NCBI GenBank assembly: GCA_977030845.1
Contig: OZ365116.1
Location: 22,072,001 to 22,136,000, forward strand
Direction of reading: 5' to 3'
Length of the DNA: 64,000 bases
Source of the DNA: Fimbriosthenelais zetlandica
Lineage: Eukaryota
Below the pieces are notes generated by a model that saw nothing but the letters and a program-made list of their open reading frames with translations, was not told the DNA's origin and made no database searches. The position numbers and the translations under genes are program-made. This document shows, piece after piece, positions 1-10,216 of the stretch; within the stretch, counting starts at the first letter, position 1, and the number at the start of each line of letters is the position of its first letter.

Positions 1-536
1 CATCCATCAGCGATAAGTTGATATATATAACAGTGTCTTCCTTAAACCAACATGAAGTATGTTGGCGTTTCAGTGGGAGGGATCAGTGAGTATACAGGAT
101 GGGTTGTTGACTGAGTTCAGACGTGGCCTGAGGCTGGGACATTCTCAGTGCAACAGATCCCGTTCTCAGCCATGATTTACGACATGTCATCAATAGGTGC
201 TGCTTTCATCTGAGGGATTGCTGGAAGGAAAACAGGTGAAATGCACACCTACAGCAGAACAAAAACACTGTGACAGATGGCGGAACCCTCCTCTCTCAAT
301 GTGTACTAGAGGGAATAAGACATTGTGCTGAACAATGTGCTGATTCTCGGTCTATCAGCTTACTGCTGTAACCACACTGCCTACTGTAGGTGGGTGAGAA
401 GCTAATATTAGCTGTCCCCACTCCTCCCTGACCTTCTCCCCTGTCACCTCCCTCATTCTACTCCCCACAAAGCAGGTTCACCCCTCCTTAAAACCTCTCC
501 TTCAAAGCAGAACAAGTGGAGGCTGGAGAGAAGGCG

Positions 537-1333
537 ATTGCCATGGCAACTGATAACCTTTAACTAGCTTCAGTCTTGGACCCTTCAACAGCTCTCTTAT
601 AGTTACCACGTGACAGAGCTGAGATAAAGACCCTTGTTGCCATAGTACCCAGGAGACTGGCCTTATCTATGGGAGTTGATGGGACGCCCCATAGTGTATG
701 ACAGTCAGTGGTCAGTCCAGGTCTGCCCACTGGTCAGTTTATATCAACAGAGAATCGTTGACAATTGGACTCCTAATGTATATATAGGGTATCATCCCAT
801 TATTGTAGGGTATCATCCCATTATTGTATTGGCGCTATGCTACTTCTGAAAGGCAAATTTATCATTTTATGGGCAGTTATGAAAGGCAGACGAAGTGTGA
901 AGTTGAACATTGATTGAGTATGATACAGTGATCTGTCAATATGTGTTAGAACACTGACTGACAAGTTGTCTCATCTCTCAAGACAAGGAGGGCATAGAGC
1001 CTGAATGTTTCTCCAAGAACCAAGAACTTGTTTTTCCGAATATATGCGGCAATAAAATACATTCAACGTAGCTCGCTTGGGATTTGTATGAAGCATGTAT
1101 TTGAGTAGATCTAAGCTTTAATGTACATCAAACTTATGTTTTCATGGTATCCTGTTATTTAGATGTCGCACGGTGATTTATCAGGATAGCAGATGACAAT
1201 GTGCCAAAAGCCAGCCATCAGATGAGGTCCCCTCACATACCCCCTAATGACCTCAACTCAAATTAAAATATCACGGCCCGTTGAGCACTGCCAGTCCTCA
1301 CTCATTGGTAATTGCTTCAGTCACTATGGAAAC
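537..1333. promoter_or_regulatory. Three RFX X-box-like motifs
   Basis: ATTGCCATGGCAAC (537-550), GTTGCCATAGTACC (636-649) and GTCACTATGGAAAC (1320-1333), compared with the X-box consensus GTTGCCATGGCAAC. Motif match only; function not shown. Confidence 0.4.
785..828. repeat. 21-bp exact tandem duplication
   Basis: GGGTATCATCCCATTATTGTA occurs at 787-807 and 808-828. Confidence 0.9.
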
Positions 1334-2852
1334 CAGGAGCAAATGGCTGGCAGGATAGGGTCCCTGCTATTATATGTACAGGTCTAAAAAGATATTAAAG
1401 AGCTCCTATACTGCCATCTGGCGCACAGTGATCAGGCTGCAGACCGGAAGGAACAGGAGCAGAACTTGTGCATGAAAAAGCATATGTCATTGCTCTCTTG
1501 AAACTCTTGATCAAGGAAATGTTACTCGGTGGGTTTTTGAGACACTACTTTATTAAATAGATACGTTTGCAGGGGGAAAACGAGTTGAATAGTTTGCAGA
1601 TGATGCCATCATGATCTCATTCACAGCTTTACAAAACCCCAATTCATCTTTTTCAAAGTTTTTTTCCATAAAGTCTCTATGATTGAGGATCTTATTGGCT
1701 GTCCTATGTGACATTTGCTTGCCGCTGATGATCCATGTCTCAGCTGTTAGACTGATTGATGGCCGTGGTCTCAGGTGTGGTAAGCTTCACTACTAGTCCC
1801 CCACTGATCACTGCCACCTTAAAGACGCGGTCTGGCCCAGTCTTCAGCATCCTTAAGTGTTCACTTTTACCCTACAAGACGTGACCTCAGGAAAGGTCAC
1901 GGTTTATGGCTTGTTCCTGGACCGTTAGCTAAGCGACTAATCAAAATGTGGTCAGAGGAAGAATATAAAGTACACAATATATGAGTGACTGGGTGTTATA
2001 TATTATACTGTTAAGCAAGTGCATACACAATGTTGAGGTATGCACTTGACGAAGGCCAAATAAAAAAAATGGACACCTATAATATGGTGTGGTGACCTCA
2101 GTAGTCATGGTTGAGAGTAAATTGATGTCAACCTCGTCTCTTATCTTCATCCTATCAGAGATAATGGCTTTATTAACCACTAGTGAACCTCTGACATGTA
2201 GATCTCGTCTCATTATCTTGTTTCACCCTTGTCCAGCCCCGTCAAAGCCTGTAGAACATATATAAAACCCATGTAGAACCATGGTCCTACCGTACAGTAT
2301 CATTACCTCGGCTGAAGGTCTCACCTCTCAAGTTCTATTTCAGTAGTTCGTCACCGGCTGCCTTCATTAAACTCCTCGGCATGCAAAAACCTCAGATCGT
2401 GATCTCAATATCGGTTCTATTTCAAATGAAAATCGTAAAAAAAAAGACCACCAATTATCTCATCAGATTCTTATGCTCATGTTCAGTCCAATTTCAGAGG
2501 CTCTTGAAATTGTGGTATTAACTGCTTGAGCATTCAATCTCGATGTGTATTGGCCAGTTTATTTTCTGTTTGGTTATGTGTATAAGGCTTTGCTTTGAAA
2601 TTAAATTCGTCTTCTATCCTGACCTTTCCAGTCGATGTCTGGTCGGCTCCTCGTATAGGGCGTTTGTTGGTTTAACTATTGATTCACTCTCTGTGTGGTC
2701 GTGTGGACCCAGCTCTCTCTGATGTTTCCCTGTAACGACCCACACCCCTTAACTGGCCTCTAACTGGGTGGTTGACTTAAGCCCTATCCTCACTGAACCT
2801 TTCAATGCTCAGGGCGGTACTTTTGTCTGTACATTTAATTCCCTAGTGAGCA

Positions 2853-2980
2853 GAGGTTTTCCTGTGTATGCCGTTTTAACTAGGTGGCCACGTGCATGCC
2901 GGCAGCCGCACACGTGTACATAGTGATATCCTGTGACGGGCACGTGCATCGTGGGTGTTAAAGACCGCCATAGAAGACTC
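2853..2980. mobile_element. Small imperfect inverted-repeat element (MITE-like)
   Basis: Left arm GAGGTTTT...TATGCCGTTTTAAC (2853-2880) pairs imperfectly with right arm GTTAAAGACCGCCATAGAAGACTC (2957-2980). The interior is CpG-rich with three CACGTG palindromes. Confidence 0.4.
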
Positions 2981-3471
2981 GACCGACGTCAAGTTCAGCT
3001 ACGATTGATTTGCTGAGTAACAAAATCTTTGCGACACCCGAAGGCAGCATCTCGTTTTGACTTCGAAATCACCTTTTTGCCCAATTAGTGTGTGTTGCTA
3101 CCCATTTTTAGGCCTCGAAGGCATCTTGTATTTAAGGGGGAAGCCAGGCATGTTTGATGCGAATTATGTTTAACCAATCATTCATAGACTCTTCCCGCCG
3201 GCTGGAGAACTATATTTCAGAGGCAGATGATCATAGCGCCAGTGACTTAGGGCCACCCATTGATTTTGACTTGGTTTTGTACACCACATGGTTTTATGTA
3301 TCTTTTAATGTGCCTTTTAGACGACTGTGTATTTTACTGTACTTTGCAAACTAAAACATTGTCACTTAATTTCAACACGTACAAGTCGCGTCTCCATTTT
3401 TCATTTGATAACCTTGAGGTGTTTATGAATAGTTGTGTGAGTTTCATACCGTTTTCTCTGATGTTTTGCAG

Positions 3472-3649
3472 GTTGAATTACCTGGTGGGTGGACTGGAGC
3501 CTGAGGGATACCACCTGGTCAATGTGCTGCTCCATGCCCTCTGCTGCCTCCTGCTCACCCATCTCTGTGAGCATGTCCTTCTCTACTCAACCCACCTCAG
3601 TGCTCTTGCTGGATTACTATTTGCTACACATCCCATTCACACGGAAGCT
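3472..3649 (+). CDS. TMTC1: TMTC1-like O-mannosyltransferase, first internal coding exon in the window
   Basis: Acceptor ttttgcag|G, donor GCT|gtaagt; 178 nt (1 nt + 59 codons). Encodes (R)LNYLVGGLEPEGYHLVNVLLHALCCLLLTHLCEHVLLYSTHLSALAGLLFATHPIHTEA, with the TMTC-family motifs H.VN..LH and LLFA.HPIHTEA. Family assignment is strong; the TMTC1 paralogue call rests on recalled similarity. Confidence 0.93.
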
Positions 3650-4169
3650 GTAAGTGTTTGTAGGTGCTAAGTTCTAGATGTAGGTCCTCTTTGCATGGTA
3701 TATTTAAGTATGTACTTTTGGGGCTTCATTAGAACCCATGTGTACCAAGATTTAGTTTCTTGCATGTTAGTTAAGAATGTAATGGTATTTTAATCTATAT
3801 CTTCTAAGTTCTTCATTACTTAATTGATGTGCTCAGTCGAAATACCGGTATCGGAGCATTATGAGGTTACTTCTTGTATACTGTTAGATATGCACCTCCT
3901 GAATAAAATATGGTTCTCAAAAATGTACATGTGGGGCTTCATTAGTATACCAATATGCGACCGAAACCTCTTCAGGTCAAGGACGTGTTGCAGTCAAGGT
4001 ATAACTGCCAACATATCTTGACTGTGAACCATTCAGAGCTCTAATTCCCGTGAATTCTGCTTTGCGTGAAAGTGGAAATGGGGAGAATAGCCCTTTGACC
4101 AGTCCCCAGAATGATATTCCATGCTCTGAGAAGCATAATGCCAGCTAGACTTTTCATTGAGACAGCCTT

Positions 4170-4440
4170 GGTGGTCCCTGGTGGGGGCCTCCTGGCTGAC
4201 ACTATGCCCACTGTTGGTGCAGTATTTCATAATGGCCACAAAGTGCACTCTGAAGGTCTGCCTCGCCGTGGGAATGGCCACAGAGTCATGTCCATGAAAG
4301 GCCTAGATTGATGGATCATGGGGAATTTCAAGCCATATTTGAAGGCCTTAGGAAAGGCAATGATAGCGACCTGGGAGTTACAGGCCTGAGCGCCTTGGCT
4401 GGGAGGCAGAAACCTGGGGTGAGCAGGGCATCTCTGTGAT
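4170..4440 (-). mobile_element. Decayed CR1-like LINE reverse transcriptase fragment
   Basis: Minus-strand NSQVAIIAFPKAFK resembles QVD.I..DF.KAFD; upstream PRFLPPSQGAQ resembles GFRP.RS..TQ; downstream GPHQG resembles G.PQG. Frameshifted. Confidence 0.45.
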
Positions 4441-4746
4441 AATGGTCGCCTGCCCATTGTCGCCATCATGCATAAATGTGTCCATTATAGGTGCACTGAA
4501 TTTTAAGGAGTCTGACAACTATTGTATCTACGTCGACTTCCCTGGAACTTTCCCATTACAGTAAATGGCTTTAATTTGGCTTTAATGCACGAAAAGAGTT
4601 TAATGAGCCAATTTTACGTTTGGAAACAATTTGTGATATTTTGATTACCCTTTCTGATGGCAATATAGTCATAGACAGTTTCTTCTGCCAATGAATCCCT
4701 CACAGATGATATTGAAATCTCATCCCTTATAAGGTCCTCTAGGTGA

Positions 4747-4977
4747 ATGAGTTGGAGCTTACATATTGATGGATCTTCATACATATTGTGTCAAAAGCAG
4801 GATGGACTTATCAGAATCCTCAATTCCCCAGCTCTGAGGTCAGTTTCGGCTCGTTTGAAAGGCTCAAAAGAATATTGGACCGCTCACAATAGAACTCTGA
4901 ATGCCGACGTTCGAGAGATCAAGGATGTTTGCGATTGCCTACTTATCACTCGAAAGAAAGACTTCAGTAGGAAGTAA
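4747..4977 (+). mobile_element. Possible Helitron/Helentron Rep fragment
   Basis: Open 76-codon frame containing RLKGSKEYWTAHNRTLNADVREIKDVCDCLLIT, resembling the Rep segment RGS..YW......L.AM.R..G.P..F.T. No downstream HUH motifs seen. Confidence 0.35.
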
Positions 4978-5269
4978 AGGTAGAACTTTCTACATCAATG
5001 AACCTAAAAATACCATCAAAGTGTGTGCCTTTATCCCTCAATTGGTCAGCTCACTCATTCACCTTTGGATATAGATTTTTCATGAAAAGAATTACTCAAT
5101 GAAAGGCGTCCTGTGAAGACGTATCCACACTGTGAAGTCATGTGTATGCCATCAGTTGATATTGCAGAGTATTTGGCAATGGGTGCTTTGCAATGATGAT
5201 AAATAGTTTGTTGTATGTTCATTTTAAGAGACTTGTAGAGCACAAACTGCTATTAATCTTGATACTTGT

Positions 5270-5710
5270 GGGGGGGGGGGTGGGGGTGGGGGTGGGAGGA
5301 GAGGGATGTTATTTGCTAGGTGGCCATGCGGTTCGTACATAGCCACATTTTAGCCACCTTGTCAGTTCTGTGCTTTCAGCTGTGGGATCCAGTGAGGGCT
5401 TTCCCTTTTATTCCGTAACAGTCCATTGTACTCCACCTTCCTACCTTGTATTGGCTGTTGCCATGGCAGCAGGCGCCGCTTGGAGGAGTTGATAATGGGG
5501 GATGAGGGACTAAGCTCTTGAGACTGCTCGTCTGTTTGGCTATGACAACCGGAAGGAAGTACAAAATGGTCGTGGAAAAACGAGGCAATATGGGAAGCCA
5601 TCCTGCAAAGGGAGCAGGAGATTGGCGCTGTGGAGCATCAACTCCCACATATCAAGTCTTTAGCCAATGAGAGGCGTCAAATTCTGATTGCTCTCAGCAG
5701 GAAGTGGGCC
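5270..5710. promoter_or_regulatory. Promoter/enhancer-like motif cluster
   Basis: G-quadruplex-type run at 5270-5296; X-box-like sites at 5457-5470 and 5536-5549; ETS cores CCGGAAG/GGAAGT at 5549-5560 and CAGGAAGT at 5698-5705; CCAAT boxes at 5450, 5621 and 5664; locally raised CpG. Confidence 0.45.
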
Positions 5711-5899
5711 TCCAGATTTTGCTAGTTGTCTTGCCAAAGCCGCGTGACTGTGCACAAGAACCCAGATCTGTGATTAACATTCTGACCTCTGGTGTTCACA
5801 AGAGACAACCAACAAGAGCTCCAGATTGCCTATCGTCCAAACTAGGTCTTCTCATCTGACCCTGGCCCTGCTCTAGCCTCATGATAAGTCCAAAGGATT

Positions 5900-6330
5900 G
5901 ATTATTCCATTTGCAAGCAAGGCTGGCATGTTTTTTTGCCAGGGCAGCTAGGGGCACGCTGCATGTCTGGTGATATGTAGCATTTATCGATCCGTCCTTG
6001 CCAAATATTACCAAAAGCTGGGAAAGGCTGTAGGCACGAGTACACTTTGATATTGTTATAGGTATTGATTAACAGTTTGCCCACCAAAATAAGGTTATCT
6101 GCTGAGGCAATTTCACTTTATGGTGGTAGTGTGTATCAGGGTTTGGAGCAGGGATGTTGTTGACACTACAGATTGAATCGGCAGCACAGAGGCATCTATC
6201 CCGGGTATCCTCTGAGACTTCTCCTGGGTCATCACCAGTCTGTTCGGCACGGGAACCTTTCACCTGTCTGACAATACACCATCTAACAAACCAGGCTCGG
6301 TGAAGGATTGCGCTTCTCAACCACGGCCGC
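5900..6330 (-). mobile_element. Decayed L1/Tx1-like LINE APE endonuclease fragment
   Basis: Ordered minus-strand motifs: DTRDRCLCA (~D.EGR.L.V), SVNNIPAPN (~VNIYAPN), ILVG (~ILGGDFN) and GRIDKCYISPD (~SRID..YIS). Frameshifted. Confidence 0.45.
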
Positions 6331-7139
6331 CTGCCTCCCCACCGAGCAGATACCGTCAGAGAATGCCTCTGATTCTGGTTAGAATCGCTCATATATTTAT
6401 CAGATTTAAGTAAATAGAAACCATCCTTGTACCGCCCTGAAACATGCCATACTCGTTAAATATCCTAAATCTATGGCAAGGCCATGAAAGGACATTAGAG
6501 GAGTTAATGATGTGAAACTTTCTTAGGTTTTTTCTCAGACAAGCACCTCTTGGATATCGTGGTATAGAATGTAAGTTATAATTGGGATCTAATCATTATT
6601 TCTCCACAGCTCTGTGTGAGGACTTTCTCAGCATCTAGCTTAATGATGTTAGCAGGCAGCCATCCAGATACAACATATGCTACAGCGTAATGAGCCTGAC
6701 TTGAAGCACAGTAGTGACTTAGAATCAATTGTAAAGACGACGGCTCTGTCTGCTGCTACCAATTATAGTCTACAAGCTCTGCTCCTCCAAGAACCAGCAG
6801 TGCCACCCCTCATGTATTGTCACTCGGACAATGGAGAGATGGCGCTTTTTTCCCTCCCGTGATTTAGGCTTCATCGATTAGCTTCATGGTTGTAACTTCA
6901 TGTTCTGTTCACTTCTTGTCCCTGCTGATCCCTATACGGTTGGCTTTATTGCTACCCACATTATAGGCAATTTGCCTTCTATTTGATATTCAAATTAGGC
7001 TAGAATCTGGAGCAAAATGTTGGGATATTTTGTCCAAGAAACCAGTATATTCGTTACCGGTCTCCTAGGGAACTACCCCAAAAAATGTTGTAATGAATTC
7101 TATGATGTCAGTTGGCAAAATGTGGACCTCTGTGCGCAT

Positions 7140-7490
7140 AATTTCCCCTAGTCCTTCCTATCGCACACCTCCAGCAATTTGAACATAAAAGTGACGGCTT
7201 TTGTCAGAATAATTTGCCATAAATCTAGTTGTATTTTATGTTCCATCTCATTTTTCAATCGAATATTCTTCCCAATTTTGTATGCACCATTTTTACCTTT
7301 GATGAATGTCGTCCCATTCGCTCCTGCTTTTATGCTCCGTTATTATGACTTGGATTAAACTTGGTGCTTGCCAACTGAAACATTGCAGGATGGGACTGGA
7401 AGAGACCTGCAGGGCTGCCATTTGTGCTCCGATATTTAATTGCCCAAAATCTATATTCTCCACATTCCTATCCTTGACGATAGGCATCAA
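7140..7490 (-). mobile_element. Decayed non-LTR RT fragment
   Basis: MPIVKDRNVENID (~P+.K.+N.D..D before NYRP), SSKVKMVHTKL (~SKAFD.V.H.KL) and GVR*EG (~GVRQGG), in the expected order. Confidence 0.4.
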
Positions 7491-9930
7491 ATAAAACCAG
7501 TTGGTTGATGTGTAAAACGCGATTAATCTTGTCTTGCCCTGGGCTTGTCAATGCTTCGTGCTGCCGAATGCCTCCTCACTGTAATTGGATTTTTCCATGA
7601 TGATTTGTTTGATGATTAATAGTAGGATCCTCGCCTCTGATGGATCTATGGGCCACTCTGACTGTCAAACTATTCTATGGGGAGCTTCAAAATAGAATGA
7701 CAAACTTTACATGGATTCCTCCATTCTTTGTTACATCCTGTAGTGATTTTCGACTTACTGTAAGCAGCTGAACATGGGAGGAAGTCACTGACCAGCGGAA
7801 GTGGCCCTCAAAGACTTATTGTCAGTACTTTTGTTATCTTACTAACAGGAAATGGAACTGTCATAAAAGTCCCTTGCTGCGTTTGTAAATTTGATTACAC
7901 TTATTCCATTTCATTCCATAGTAAAGCAGTCTACAAGGGAAAACAAGACTTCAGAGCCAAAGAGCTGAAGCTCAAGAGAAAAAGGCCGCCATCTTCGGCA
8001 GAGTGCCTAATTCTCTGGCTCATGTTATAAAATTGAAAGAACAATTGAGATGACAGAGCCCATAAGAAGATGAATGACAATTGAGAAGAAAAAATCGTTC
8101 ACATATCTCAGTGTTTGTGGAGTGGGGCTTATCCTCGGTCCTCAAGCCATTGTCGCTCGTCCCAGTCTTATTTCAAGGTCGAGTGATCATCAGCAATTGC
8201 CGCCATCTTGACGAGCGTTCAGAAAGCTCTTCTCTTTGCAGATTAGTCGCCTGTATTGTAATCACACACCTCGCGGCTTCGGCTCAACCGGGATAAAAAC
8301 TAGCAGCCCTGGAATAAGTCCAGAATGTATTACCTCACTGGCCTAATCTGTATAGTTTATAATACTGCCGTCACAGATTGGCAACATTTATAAACCACCA
8401 TCTTGTATTACACTACTGCCTTTCCTCCACATCATTCTTTTCTGCCAGAAGCATTAGGTCTGTATCCTGTCATACTTTATGGTAGCAGACTGCAAGGACT
8501 CCAAAAGACTCCACTCGCCTTACTTGCCTTATAGAACATACTCTCCTTGCAAACTAATCTCCATTTGTAAAGTTGGTCTACACGAAATGGATTAAATATT
8601 CCCTGCATCAATTAGCCGACTATATGCTAGACGCAACAGGAAGATTTCCCCAAAATACGCTATCATTCCATCACATACATTGTTAATGAATAGATGCATT
8701 CATTAAGGTAGAAACTATAGATGTATTCACAGCACAACATAGTGGCCATTAGCTTTCAGTCTGGCAATTAGATGTCAGCTCATGTGTAATTTCTTTTGCA
8801 TCTCCTAATGGGACAGGTGGTGTGAATTTTACAAAAATACCTGCTATAGTGTCTGCTATATTGTGTATAATTATAATACATGCTTATCGATTAGGAATTT
8901 TCCGCCCATCTTGGAAGTTTCTTTAGATTATGCCACCTCGAAGCTCCTTCTCTTCCTTTGTACAGTATAACTCAGACACACCCAACATCCAGAACCTTTC
9001 ATGACTACATAGATTTATCTTTTATGATTTTCTGTGTCCCGCATGATAAAATGATGTGAAGAAGGGGCGCTCAAAGACCTGGTACAAAGAGGTACTCACA
9101 GTAGTGGTGTCTGTAATATTAAGATGCTCCCAAGTGTCCTGTGAATGCCTTAACATCTAGAAAGTTCTTTGAGTGTTTGAAAGATGCATATTGATGCCAC
9201 ATACTCGTTTTCATCACTGGTAGAGCCCTATATCTAAGGTTTGTGTTTTTGGAATGACGATGGAGCAAGGAGATTCACTTCTAGTACTAGCAGGTTCTAT
9301 GTAGCACAATGCCGCAGCTGTCTGGCTCAGACTGGCTTGAGACTGGGGAATCAGGGGAGATCAATCCATATTAAGTCTCCTCAGCCAGCCTGCAGTTGAG
9401 ACCCATTTTCCAAGTCACATCCTTGCCAGAACCTTGTTGGAATCAGTGCTGGATTTAAAAGTATTAAAGGTGCTGCAAACTAGACTGGTAGGCCAAGGTT
9501 CCCCATCATAGCGTCAAGGCTGAAGCTAACTCTGACATCCAGCTACCCGTATGTGGGTTAACTCAAGTTATCTTTAATGAATCAAGCCTATTTCCAATGA
9601 AGTATTTGAAATATTCATTCATCTGAAGCTGGATTCTCTGGAAAAATTGGTTACTGGTTCTGCAGAATTCAGCCTGTTTCATCAACTCTTATTTAAGATC
9701 AGCTCCTCGGCCAATTATGTGGTCTGATCAGGTGGAACAGGGTTTAGTGAAGGGTAAGAAGGTTAAAGGTTAGGTACCTATATGAGGTCAGTCTTGGTCA
9801 GGAAGAAATTAGGCTCAGGGTTGGGGTGTCCGTAGCTGAAAAATTAGCCTGGCCTGAGGAAGAGGTCTGATGATATTGGTGAAGGGTCGGGGAGGAACTG
9901 ATTTACCAAATGGCAATCACGGTACCTCAA

Positions 9931-10216
9931 CGACTAGGATAATTTGGTCAACTTGAAAGACCTGATACCTCTCCAATTCCTAAGTAGAGTGGATGTGTAC
10001 GACAAATTTAAGCCGAAGGAAGGACTGGAGATGACTGAATGTTTCAAAAACTGTGTGGCAGTGAGAATTTCTCTCCGACTAGGAGAAATTTGGTCAACCT
10101 GAAACACTCGTCCATCTCTCCAATTCCAAAAGAGAATGAATGAAGTTTACACAAGAAGACTGAGGTTTTTCTTAGGAGGGACAAGGAGAAGATTCTGAAG
10201 GTTTCAAAAACCATGT
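9931..10216. repeat. Diverged tandem duplication, unit about 145-160 bp
   Basis: CGACTAGGA.AA.TTTGGTCAAC.TGAAA...CTCTCCAATTCC starts at 9931 and 10076; GTTTCAAAAAC recurs at 10041 and 10201. Confidence 0.75.
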
